Shown here one piece after another: positions 16,510 to 26,626 of a stretch of 41,944 bases of DNA; position 1 is the stretch's first letter; every line of letters begins with the position of its first letter. Under the pieces are notes generated by a model. That model saw nothing but the letters and a program-made list of their open reading frames with translations. It did no database searches and was not told where the DNA came from. The position numbers and the translations under genes were made by a program. Origin of the DNA: an uncultured bacterium. Lineage in GTDB: Bacteria > CAYJRR01. Where the stretch lies: NCBI GenBank assembly GCA_964372275.1, contig CAYJRR010000021.1:1-41944 (forward strand). The letters run 5' to 3'.

Positions 16510-18015
16510 TCAGCCGCCTTCGGTCGCCACGTCGGCGGTGCCGGCGCTTGTCGCCGTCGCCGGCGGGGCCTTCACCGCCGCATCCTTCAGCGCCCTCGCC
16601 GCGGCGAGGATGTCGAGCGCGACGAGGTGAACGTTCTTCGACTCCCCGGTTCGCATCCACCGGCCGCCGCCTGCCCCGGGGTTGCCCGTGGCCCCGCTTC
16701 CCGTCGCAGACCCGCCCGCCGGCGGGCCGCCGGCCCCCTGCGTCGCGCCGCCGACGACGAGCTCCATGGTCCGGTCGCCGACCTTCCACGTGGCGCGCAA
16801 GGCGGGGGCGGAAAGGCCGTAGCGCTTTTCGGCGTGGGAACCCGGTGGCACTTCGGGACCTCGCTCCTTCGAGGTCAGGAGCTTCGCCTGGCGCAGGAAG
16901 GCCGATGCTTCGGCGCTGACGACGTTCTCCGGCGCGGCGGTCGTCTTCCATGCGGCGCCCTCTCCGCGGGAGACGGCCACCGTCGAACCATCGACGGTCA
17001 GCTCGAGGGAGGTTGCCTCGTCCGCCACGAAGTCGAAGAGGTTCGAATCGCGCCATTCGTCCGCATCGGCCGCGAGGTCCTCCTCCAGCGATGCGTCGGC
17101 GACGATTCGCGTGCCGGTCGCGGCGTCGCGGTACTCGACCTCGGTCACGCCGCCCCTGGGCGCGGATTTCGGGCCGACGGCGAGGATCCGCGTCGTCCCG
17201 TCGGCGAGCCCCAACGTGATCGTCGCGCGGACGGCCTCCTTCGCGGTGCCGCCGGGCGCCGCCGAGCCGCCCCCGCCCGAGGCCGGCACGGCCTGGTCGA
17301 GGAATCGTTTGGCGCTCAACCCTTCGATCCGGGTGAGGAGACCGTTCGCCTTGCCGCGATCGCCGCGCCCGGCGAAGGGAACGGTCGCGATCCACGGCGC
17401 GGTGGCGTCGGACCGGGTCATCGAGAGCATCGCGCGGCCCGATCGCTCGATCGCGATCGACCGGACCTCGTCGCGGTCGAAGGCGAACAGGCGTTTCCGC
17501 CGCAACTCGTCGAGCCCCTTTCCGAACGCGTCGAGGTTCCACCGGCGGACGGTGAAGACCGCGGGCGTCCCGCGCGCCGAGACGTAGACGGTGTCGTTCT
17601 GCGGGAACGCCCCCCCGATCTCGAGCGTCCGTTCCTTCCCCGCCGCCCGGAAGGTGACGACCGTCGCCGGCTCCTTCAGCCCCGCGCGCTCCCGCTCCGC
17701 GTCGGTCGGCGCCTCCCATACCTTGTCGCTGGCGTGCAGCGACGACAGGGTGTTCAGCATCGGCGACACCGCGCTCTCCTCGGCCGGCAGCTCGCGCGGC
17801 TCCGTGATCGTCCAGCTCTCGCCGGTCTTCTCGAGGACGAACCGTCCCCGCGGATTCTGGATCTGGATCCGGTCGATCGCGTCGCGATCCGCCTGCACCA
17901 CGGTCCGCTCCGCCTCCTCGCGCTCCTCCTTCGTCTTCGGCTTGGCGATCAGCAGGTACGCGAGCAGTACCGCGAACAACCCCAGGGTGATCCAGGTGGA
18001 GAGAAACTTTTTCAT
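16510..18015 (-). CDS. DUF4340 domain-containing protein (membrane-anchored)
   Basis: N-terminal TM, W.ITEPRELPA, GL.EPA and YGLSAPA repeats, LRRKRLF; typical position after Gld-like ABC genes. Confidence 0.75.
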   Translation of the reverse strand: MKKFLSTWITLGLFAVLLAYLLIAKPKTKEEREEAERTVVQADRDAIDRIQIQNPRGRFVLEKTGESWTITEPRELPAEESAVSPMLNTLSSLHASDKVWEAPTDAERERAGLKEPATVVTFRAAGKERTLEIGGAFPQNDTVYVSARGTPAVFTVRRWNLDAFGKGLDELRRKRLFAFDRDEVRSIAIERSGRAMLSMTRSDATAPWIATVPFAGRGDRGKANGLLTRIEGLSAKRFLDQAVPASGGGGSAAPGGTAKEAVRATITLGLADGTTRILAVGPKSAPRGGVTEVEYRDAATGTRIVADASLEEDLAADADEWRDSNLFDFVADEATSLELTVDGSTVAVSRGEGAAWKTTAAPENVVSAEASAFLRQAKLLTSKERGPEVPPGSHAEKRYGLSAPALRATWKVGDRTMELVVGGATQGAGGPPAGGSATGSGATGNPGAGGGRWMRTGESKNVHLVALDILAAARALKDAAVKAPPATATSAGTADVATEGG

Positions 18016-18023
18016 CGGCGTCT

Positions 18024-19580
18024 CTAGCGGCGTCGTCGCCGGATCCAGATCGTCATCCCCACCCCGAAGATCCCCCCCGGCAGCACCAGCCCCGTCGACA
18101 ACAGCACCCACAGCGCTCCGCGGTCGGTCATCGTCACCGTGGTGAGCCCCGGATCTTTGGGACCGATCCCGATCTTCTCCCTGGCCCCCGCGGCCCAGTT
18201 CACGGCGTTCTTGAACAGGTCGACGTTCCCGGCGCCGCCTCCGATCGCCAGCGCCTTGAGGTTCGCGTTGGAGGCGAAGTCCGAATCTCCGATCACCACC
18301 GCGCGCGCGGTCTTCCCGCCGACCTTCTTCTCCACCGCGACCCCCAGGGTCACCGGACCGGGTCGATTTTTGGGGGAGGCGGGGTCGGCCTGACCGTCCT
18401 TGATGTCGACCACGAGGAGGCTCTCCTCGCTCGTCTCGAACAGCGGCGTGACGGTCGTGTCGCCGGCCGCGCCGGCCGCAGGCCCCTCGGTTGGCGAGGC
18501 CGGGACCTTCAACCCCATCGCCCGCGGAAGGACGACGGCCATCCCCTTGAGCTCGAGCGGATCGACGATCTCGTGTCGCTTGAAGGTCGGGATCACGGTG
18601 AGCGGCGTCTTCAGCCGCTGGCGGAAGTCGGCGGCGACGCCGGGAAGGGCCTCCACTCCGAGCCGGCCGATCAGTCCCTCGATGCCGGAGGTTCCCAGCG
18701 GCTCCGCCAGGACGACCAGCCCCTTCCCGCGCTCGACGTGGCGCAGGATCGCGTCGACCTCCGGCCCGCGGATCAGGCCTCGTGGGCCGGCGACGATCAA
18801 CACCGAGCAGTCGCCCGGGACCTCCACGGTCCCCTCCGCGCCGGCCGCAGGCCCCGGTGAGCCGGTTGCAGGCCCGTCCAGGGCGAGGCGTTCGCGGGGG
18901 GCCGCGTCGGCGGCGGAATCGAGCCGAACCGCCTTCGACTCGAGGTTCTCCGACTTGAGCAGGTCGGCGGCGATCGAATAGCCCTGGTCGGTGGCCGCCT
19001 CGATCTCGTACTCCCCGTGGCCGGCGAGGAAACAGGCGACGTTGGTCGTCCCTTCCATCAACCGCAGCAGTGCCGAATCGAACGCCTCTTCGCCGGTGAA
19101 CGCCGTCCCGCCGTGCTCGTCGTAGTTGAATCCGGTCTCGAAGATCTCCTTCGATTGGACGACGATCTTCCGGTCCCCGGAGGCGAAGACCGCGGCGCCG
19201 AGATCGCCTCCGAGCTCTTGCACCCGCAACGCGTCGGCCAGCGGGTTCACCGCTTCGTAGGTGACCTTCCCCTTCGACCGGACCTTGTACTCCTCGAGCA
19301 GGTCGCCGACACGGCTGTTCACGAACTGCGCGTCGGCCGACATCGACGGCGGCACGAGGAAGAAGGTGACACGCACCTCCCGGTCGAGGCGACCGAGGAT
19401 GTCGATCGTCTTGTCGCTGAGCGAGTAGGTCCCGGCCTTGGTCATGTCGATCCGGAACGGCCGGAACCGGTCGACGAGGACGTAGCCGACGACGGCGATC
19501 CCCGCCGCTGCGATCGTCGAAACGACGGCGTTCGCGCCGTGGACCCAGAATCGTTTCTTCGCGTGCGCCATGGTCGTCAT
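18024..19580 (-). CDS. GldG-like ABC transporter auxiliary component
   Basis: RIDMTKAGTYSLS, FLAGHGE, LIVAGP, VVIGDSDF, N.DLF.NAVNW and C-terminal TM ending WIRRRR; ATGA overlap with the permease stop. Confidence 0.85.
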   Translation of the reverse strand: MTTMAHAKKRFWVHGANAVVSTIAAAGIAVVGYVLVDRFRPFRIDMTKAGTYSLSDKTIDILGRLDREVRVTFFLVPPSMSADAQFVNSRVGDLLEEYKVRSKGKVTYEAVNPLADALRVQELGGDLGAAVFASGDRKIVVQSKEIFETGFNYDEHGGTAFTGEEAFDSALLRLMEGTTNVACFLAGHGEYEIEAATDQGYSIAADLLKSENLESKAVRLDSAADAAPRERLALDGPATGSPGPAAGAEGTVEVPGDCSVLIVAGPRGLIRGPEVDAILRHVERGKGLVVLAEPLGTSGIEGLIGRLGVEALPGVAADFRQRLKTPLTVIPTFKRHEIVDPLELKGMAVVLPRAMGLKVPASPTEGPAAGAAGDTTVTPLFETSEESLLVVDIKDGQADPASPKNRPGPVTLGVAVEKKVGGKTARAVVIGDSDFASNANLKALAIGGGAGNVDLFKNAVNWAAGAREKIGIGPKDPGLTTVTMTDRGALWVLLSTGLVLPGGIFGVGMTIWIRRRRR

Positions 19581-20286
19581 GCCCACCGCCGCGCCTCGAT
19601 CGAGCGCAGCGTCAAGAAGAGGAACAGCCCGGTGAAGGCGAGGTAGTAGAAGACGTCGACGGCGTCGACGATCCCTCGCGCGAAGTTCTCCAGGTGGGAG
19701 AGGAAGGAGACCGCCTTGACGGCGGAACCCAATCCGCTGGGCAACGCCTCGGAGAAGAAGCGGATCACCCAGAAGCCGAACAGCAGCGCATAGGCGACCA
19801 CCCCGGCGATCACCTGGCTCTGGGTGATCGACGAGGCGAACAGCCCGACCGACACGAACGCCGACGCGAGGAGCAGCATCCCGAGGTACTGGGCCACGAT
19901 CGGCCCGGTCTCCGGCTCCGAGACGCGGTAGAGGATCGCCGGGAAGACGAGCGTCACGCCGAACAGCGCCACGAACAGCGTCACCGCCCCGAAGAACTTC
20001 CCGAGGACGATCTCGTACTCGCGGACCGGCGAGGTGAGGAGCAGCTCCAGCGTGCCGCGCGCGTTCTCCTCGGCCACCAGGCGCATGGTGAGGATCGGCG
20101 TCACCGCCAGCATCAGGAAGGCGAGCAACCCCATCAGCGGCCGCATGCTGGCGTCGCGCGCCTCGTTCAGGTTGACCAGCCAGAACCACAGCGCGCACAA
20201 GGCGACGATCAACGCCCCCAGCACGTAGGCACGGGGGCTGGTGAACAGTCCCAGTGACTCCTTCTTCCAGATCGTGACCGTCTTCC

Positions 20287-20290
<4 letters not shown>
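19577..20290 (-). CDS. ABC-2 type permease, GldF-like
   Basis: KKE...F.SP.AY, LTMRLVAEE..RGTLELLLTSPV...IVLGKF, SSITQSQVIA and H..NF.RG..D motifs. Confidence 0.9.
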
Positions 20291-21236
<946 letters not shown>

Positions 21237-21240
<4 letters not shown>

Positions 21241-22082
21241 GTGGTCTGCTCCGTGGGGCTCGAAACCCGTGTCTCGGATCCGTATTCCCGGCCGCGCGGC
21301 GCCGTCTCCGCCGCGTCGATCGACGCCGGCGGGACCCCCTGGATCTCCGACAACGCGTGCAGGATCCAGTGGCGGGTCAGCGATTTCATCCGCTCCTGAT
21401 CGCGCGGGCCGTCGCCCGGCCAGATCGGCTTCCCGATCCGGACGTGGATGCGCGTGCTCGGCGCGAAAAGCCACGACCCCTTCTTGAGGAGGCGCGCCGG
21501 GCCGTCGACCGCGATCGGCACGATCGGGCGGCGGCTGTCGGACGCGAGCCGGAAGGCGCCGTCCTTGAAGGTGCGAAGCCGCCCGTCGAGGCTGCGCGTC
21601 CCTTCCGGGAAGATCATGATCGACACGCCGCGGGCGAGCCATTCGCGCGACTCCGCCATCGACCGGCGCGCGCTCTCGCGGTCTCCGCGCTTCAGGGCGA
21701 CGTAGCCGGCGAGCCACATCGCCTGGCCGATCACGGGGACCCAGAAGATCTCGCGCTTGCTGATCCACTTGAACGGGTGGCCGAGGAAGTAGAGGGCGAT
21801 GATGTCGGCCATGCTCTGGTGGTTGGCCGCCAGGACCACGCCCTCGCCGGCGGCGCGCAGGTGCTCCGCCCCTTCGACGACGATCCGGTTGAACGGGTTC
21901 ATCCGCAGGAGCGCGCGCGCCCAGACGGTGGCGAAGGCGTGGGCGACGTTTCGCCTCCGGTCGAACGGGAGGGCGAGCGCGCAGGTCGGAAGCATCGCCA
22001 CGAAGACGACCACGGTGACGACGACCGTCATCCCCCACATCCAGAGAGAACGAGCCAAGGCCATCGCTAGAAGGGCACCCAC
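21237..22082 (-). CDS. plsC: 1-acyl-sn-glycerol-3-phosphate acyltransferase (PlsC family)
   Basis: ANHQSMAD (HxxxxD), FPEGTRS, FKDGAF and PIVPIA motifs; alternative ATG start at 22064. Confidence 0.88.
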
Positions 22083-22256
22083 CGGAGGGCCGAGCGCGGC
22101 GAATGGGGCGTCATCGGGAACGCCCTAGGTACTCGACTTTCTTGACATCCGCAACGCTTGGGTGTTGTTTTTCGCGGCGGCGCTCGAAGGAAGGCTCCCA
22201 GTAGATCTCCCGATCCGGCGCGCTCGGGAAAACAGCATTCACGGAGGCAACGGTCT

Positions 22257-22637
22257 ATGAAGCGGTTCGCGGTGGCAGCATCGGTGGTTCTCGCACTGGG
22301 CACCGTCGCCCTCTCGGCCTGCGGCAACGCCGAGAAGGAGAAGGAGCTGACGGGACAGATCGAGTCCCTGAAGAAGGAAAACGAAACGTTGAGCGCCAAG
22401 GTGAAGGAGCTCGAGACGAACCTCGCGACCGTCACCAAGGAGCGGGACGACATGAAGGCCGCCGCCGAGGCGACCCCCGAGCCGACCCCCGAGCCCGCAA
22501 AGGGCGGAGCGAAGAAGCCGAAGGCCGCCGCCCCCGCGGCGACCCCCGCCGCCGCCACCGCCGCGCCGGCGGCCACGCCGGAAGAGCGCCGGAAGATCGA
22601 TCGTCCGGGCCTGAAGCAGCCCGCGAAGGTGAAGTAG
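22257..22637 (+). CDS. Small coiled-coil lipoprotein with Pro/Ala/Lys-rich tail
   Basis: SD GGAGG; MKR leader with lipobox LSA|C; heptad-rich segment; TTGACA at 22142-22147 upstream. Confidence 0.8.
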   Translation: MKRFAVAASVVLALGTVALSACGNAEKEKELTGQIESLKKENETLSAKVKELETNLATVTKERDDMKAAAEATPEPTPEPAKGGAKKPKAAAPAATPAAATAAPAATPEERRKIDRPGLKQPAKVK

Positions 22638-22652
22638 GTCTCGATCCGGTTG

Positions 22653-22693
22653 CACGCGACGGCCGGCCCGACGGGGCCGGCCGCTCGTGTTTC
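22653..22693 (+). terminator. Probable intrinsic terminator
   Basis: CGGCCGGCCC-GACG-GGGCCGGCCG perfect 10-bp stem followed by CTCGTGTTTC, just after the lipoprotein stop. Confidence 0.6.
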
Positions 22694-22843
22694 GGCCGGC
22701 CTGCGACATCGGGGTCCAGGCGGCGACGGGACGCCCGCCCCCCGCGCCCGCGGCCTCCGGCCCGCCGCGTGCCCGGCTGGACGTCCGATATTTCCATCGG
22801 CGACGGGGCCTTTTCCCGCTCGGCCGGCCGGCCGGGCGGCGCG

Positions 22844-22859
22844 TGGCACCCGGGGTGCA
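22844..22859 (+). promoter_or_regulatory. Putative sigma54 (-24/-12) promoter
   Basis: TGGCAC-CCGGG-GTGCA versus consensus TGGCAC-N5-TTGCW, with exact GG-N10-GC spacing, 54 nt before ATG 22913. Confidence 0.6.
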
Positions 22860-22912
22860 TCGGTGGAGGGTCGAGGATCCGGAAGCGCTCACGAGAGGTT
22901 GGGAGGCCGCTC

Positions 22913-23476
22913 ATGAGGATTCGCTCGGGCATCGTCCGCCGCATCGTTGCCGCCGTCGTCGGATCGGTCGTGGTCGTGTCGGCGGTCGGGCCGCGGCCGG
23001 CGCGCGCCGCCTCCGACGGCCGTCCCTCGTGGGCCGATCCGGAGCTGTTCGATCTGGCGCGAATCGCCATCTCGGCGGAGCGCCGGGCGCAGCGCAGCGA
23101 GGGATGGGGCGTACTCGCGCTCGCGGGCGGCGTCTTTTCGCTCGTCGGGATGCTTGCCACGGTGCCCTTGCCTTCGCTCTCCGTGGCGCTCGGGGTGGCG
23201 GGATTCGGACTGCTCGGCGTGAGCGCACACTCGTTCGACAACCGGAACGCCCACGTGGCCGAGGCGGCGGCGGCGCAGACCGAGCTCCTCCACGGACTCC
23301 GCGCCTTGCTCGGCAACGAAGAGGCGATCCGCGCGTACGGCCGCTACCGCCGTGCCGCGGCGAAGGCGCTCGACGAGGGCTCGAACGTCGGCCGGACCGA
23401 CGAAACGCGCCCGCCGGTCCCGGCGGCGGCTACGGTCGTTCCTCGCACCTCGGCCGGCGGCGGACACGCGCGCTGA
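22913..23476 (+). CDS. Hypothetical membrane protein
   Basis: SD GGGAGG; signal-like N-terminus ending ARA|A; two hydrophobic helices. Confidence 0.65.
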   Translation: MRIRSGIVRRIVAAVVGSVVVVSAVGPRPARAASDGRPSWADPELFDLARIAISAERRAQRSEGWGVLALAGGVFSLVGMLATVPLPSLSVALGVAGFGLLGVSAHSFDNRNAHVAEAAAAQTELLHGLRALLGNEEAIRAYGRYRRAAAKALDEGSNVGRTDETRPPVPAAATVVPRTSAGGGHAR

Positions 23477-23520
23477 CGCGCGCGGAACCCGCGGTCCGGC
23501 GGCGCCGCGGGGAGGCCGCC

Positions 23521-25329
23521 ATGGTAGGATCCCCGTCGATGGTGCGACCGTCGTCGGTAGTGGAGCTGGAGCGGCTCCTCGCCGACCGCTCCGCGAAGAT
23601 CTCCTTCCTGCAGGAGATGACCGGCGCGCTCGCCGCCGCCGACAGCCTGGGCGAGCTCCTCGACCGAACCGCGGAGATCGCGCAGGAGCACCTTCCCTAC
23701 GAGGTCTGCTCGACGCACCTGGTCGACCCGGAGAGCGGCCGGATCACCGTCGTCCTGGGGAGCGGTCCGCTGTTCGAGACGATCTCGACCACGAGCCTGA
23801 AGGTCGGCGAAGGGGTGGTCGGCTGGGTGGTGGAGAACGGCCGGATCGCCAACGTCGCCGACGTCCGCAAGGACTCGCGATACATCGCCTCCTCTTCGCG
23901 AATCTTGAGCGAGCTCGCCGTGCCGATCCCGCTTCGCGGGCGCACCGTCGGCGTTTTCAATCTGGAGTCGACGGCGGTCGGCGCCTTCACCGCCTACGAC
24001 GAGCAGATCTTCTCGATCCTCGCCGCGCAGATCGGCGCCTCGATGGAGCGCGTCGATCTCTACCGCGAGGCCCTGGAACGGGCGCGACGCCTGGCGACGC
24101 TGAACCAGATCGCGCGCGCCATCGCCGATCCGACGACGCTCGACCGGATCTTCGACGTCGTCGCCGACGAGCTGGCGCGGCGGATCCCGAACGACCGCAC
24201 CTCGCTGGCGCTCTACCTTCCGGAGTCCTCCGAGATGCAGATCGTGGGCGTGCGCGGACTGATCGGCGGCCTGGGGCCCGGAACGCGCTTCACCACCAGC
24301 CTGCCGCTTTCGAAGATGGAGGGCCCGACCTACTTCGGCCTCGCCGACGCCGACGTCGCCATCCGTCCGCGGCTGGAGGAGGTCGGGATCGCGAACTGGG
24401 TCGCCGTGCCGATCCGGCTCGACGGGGAGTTCGTGGCGCAGCTGACGCTCGCCTGGCAGGGTCCGATGCGGCTGAACGAGGGGGGCGAGGAGTTCCTCGG
24501 GGCGCTGGCCAGTCACCTCGCCGTGGTGCTGAAGAACGCGCGCCTCCACGACAAGCTCACCCTGTCGGACGAGGCGCTGGTCCGCACCCAGGGTCGGCTG
24601 ATCCAGTCCTCGAAGCTGGCGGCGGTCGGGGAACTCGCGGCGGGCGTGGCGCACGAGCTGAACAACCCGCTCACCGGGATCCTGGGCTACACGCAGTGGA
24701 TCCTGCACGAGTGGATCCGGCTGACCCAGGAAGAGCGCACGGCGGAGTCGCTGGAGGCGATGCGCGTCCGATTGCAAAAGATCGAACGGGAGGGTCTCCG
24801 CTGCAAGGAGATCGTCCAGAACCTGCTCAACTTCTCGCGTTCGCAGGACCCGACCGCGTCGGAGCCGATCGACCTGAACGCCATCGTCGAGGCGACCCTT
24901 TCGGTCACCGAACACCAGCTGCACCTGACGAACGTCCGGGTGGTGAAGGAGCTTCGGCCCGGACTTCCACCGATCGAAGGGAACGCCAATCAGCTGCAGC
25001 AGGTCTTCACCAACATCGTCATCAACGCCGCAAAGGCGATGCCGGGCGGCGGTCGCCTCGCGATCGCCACCGATTGTTCGTCGGATCGAAGACGCGTGCA
25101 CGTCGCGTTCGAGGACACCGGACTCGGCATGCCACGCTCGGTGCAGGAGCGGATCTTCGAGCCGTTCTTCACGACCCGGAAGGTCGGCGAGGGGACCGGC
25201 CTCGGGCTGTCGGTCTCCTACGGGATCGTGAAGGCCCACCGCGGCGAGATCACCGTCGCCAGCAAGGAAGGGGAGGGGTCGACCTTCACCGTCACCTTCC
25301 CCGCGATCGCCCAGCAGAATCGGGCGTGA
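23521..25329 (+). CDS. Cytoplasmic sensor histidine kinase (GAF-GAF-HisKA-HATPase_c)
   Basis: GEGVVGWV...SELAVPI GAF domain, second GAF with NARL, H-box AHELNNPL, N-box NIVINA, DTGLG, FEPFFTT and GTGLGL; SD GGGAGG. Confidence 0.93.
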   Translation: MVGSPSMVRPSSVVELERLLADRSAKISFLQEMTGALAAADSLGELLDRTAEIAQEHLPYEVCSTHLVDPESGRITVVLGSGPLFETISTTSLKVGEGVVGWVVENGRIANVADVRKDSRYIASSSRILSELAVPIPLRGRTVGVFNLESTAVGAFTAYDEQIFSILAAQIGASMERVDLYREALERARRLATLNQIARAIADPTTLDRIFDVVADELARRIPNDRTSLALYLPESSEMQIVGVRGLIGGLGPGTRFTTSLPLSKMEGPTYFGLADADVAIRPRLEEVGIANWVAVPIRLDGEFVAQLTLAWQGPMRLNEGGEEFLGALASHLAVVLKNARLHDKLTLSDEALVRTQGRLIQSSKLAAVGELAAGVAHELNNPLTGILGYTQWILHEWIRLTQEERTAESLEAMRVRLQKIEREGLRCKEIVQNLLNFSRSQDPTASEPIDLNAIVEATLSVTEHQLHLTNVRVVKELRPGLPPIEGNANQLQQVFTNIVINAAKAMPGGGRLAIATDCSSDRRRVHVAFEDTGLGMPRSVQERIFEPFFTTRKVGEGTGLGLSVSYGIVKAHRGEITVASKEGEGSTFTVTFPAIAQQNRA

Positions 25330-25401
25330 GATCCGTCACGTAGGCGGCCGCTCTCCCGGCGCTAGGATGTCTTTGTCACCGCATCGATCCCGGGAGGGGG
25401 C

Positions 25402-26601
25402 GTGCCCGGAGCCCGTCAGTTCGGCCGGTATCTCTTGGTGGAAAAGCTCGCCCAGGGCGGGATGGCGGAGATCTACCGCGCCCAAGCCCAGGGGTTCGGC
25501 GGCTTCCAGAAGCCTGTGATCGTCAAGACGATCCTCCCCTGCCTCTCCGCGGACGAGCGGTTCGTCAAGCAGTTCGTCAACGAGGCGAAGCTCTCCTCGA
25601 TGCTGTCGCACTCGAACATCGTGCAGGTGTTCGACTTCGGCCGGATCGGCGCCGACTACTTCATCGTGATGGAGTACGTCGACGGGACCGACTTGCGCTC
25701 GGTCGTCCGCGGCTGCCGCGCGAAGAACGTCTGGATGCCCGTCGACCTCGCCCTCCACGTGGCGATGCGCGTCCTCAAGGGGCTCGGGGCCGTGCACGGG
25801 CGCCGGGACGCCGCCTTGCAGCCGCTGGGGCTCGTGCACCGCGACGTCTCGCCGCAGAACGTCCTCGTCTCGCGCGTCGGCGAGGTCAAGCTGACCGATT
25901 TCGGGATCGCGCGCGCCCGCGGCGAGCGTGCCGGGGGGGAGGTCCAGGGGAACTACGGCTACATGCCTCCGGAACAGGCGACCGGCGAGCCGCTCGACGC
26001 GCGGGCCGACCTCTACGCGCTCGGGATGGTGCTCTACGAGCTGGTGACCCTGCAGAATCCGTTCGCCGACCGGGATCTCCAGGAGGTGCTCCGCCGGATC
26101 CGGGAGTCGAAGGTGGCGCCGCCGTCCCGCATCAATCCGGCCGTTCCGGCGGGGCTCGACGCGATCCTCCTCAAGGCGCTGGAGAAGGAGCCGGAATCGA
26201 GGTTCGCGACGGCAGAGGAGTTCGGCGAAGCGTTGGGCCGGCATCTTTTCCCGTTCGATGCCGACCGGCTGCAGTCCTCGCTCGCCGCCTTCCTTCCGTC
26301 GGTCGTCATCCTGCCGCCGCCGGCGGCAGCGGTCGATCCGGCGGAGCCGCCGAGGAGGATCGTCCGGGACGCGGCGAACATGGCGCGGATCCGCCTCGAC
26401 GCCGAGCCGCCGGACGTCGAGGTGTTCCTCGACGACAGCCCGATCACCGTCGGCAGTCCGGTGGAGATCCAGACCTCGGCGCGGGTCCAGCACCGCCTCC
26501 GTCTCCGGCGGGACGGATTCACCGACTTCAACACCATGTTCGTGCTCGACCCGAGCGAGGTCCGCCAGCTCCGGATCGAACTGGCGCGCGCGCGCCGGTG
26601 A
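25402..26601 (+). CDS. Hanks-type Ser/Thr protein kinase with C-terminal PEGA-like domain
   Basis: GGMAEI, IVKTI, HRDVSPQN, DFGIAR, YMPPEQ and DLYALG motifs; C-terminal EPPDVEVFLD...RDGF. Confidence 0.9.
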   Translation: MPGARQFGRYLLVEKLAQGGMAEIYRAQAQGFGGFQKPVIVKTILPCLSADERFVKQFVNEAKLSSMLSHSNIVQVFDFGRIGADYFIVMEYVDGTDLRSVVRGCRAKNVWMPVDLALHVAMRVLKGLGAVHGRRDAALQPLGLVHRDVSPQNVLVSRVGEVKLTDFGIARARGERAGGEVQGNYGYMPPEQATGEPLDARADLYALGMVLYELVTLQNPFADRDLQEVLRRIRESKVAPPSRINPAVPAGLDAILLKALEKEPESRFATAEEFGEALGRHLFPFDADRLQSSLAAFLPSVVILPPPAAAVDPAEPPRRIVRDAANMARIRLDAEPPDVEVFLDDSPITVGSPVEIQTSARVQHRLRLRRDGFTDFNTMFVLDPSEVRQLRIELARARR

Positions 26602-26626
26602 CCGTGCTACGTTCCGCTTGCGGACG

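Noticed and set aside
22170-22250. Riboswitch in the lipoprotein leader (TCCCGA...TCGGGA hairpin)
   Set aside because: Only a simple hairpin; no aptamer consensus that I recognise.
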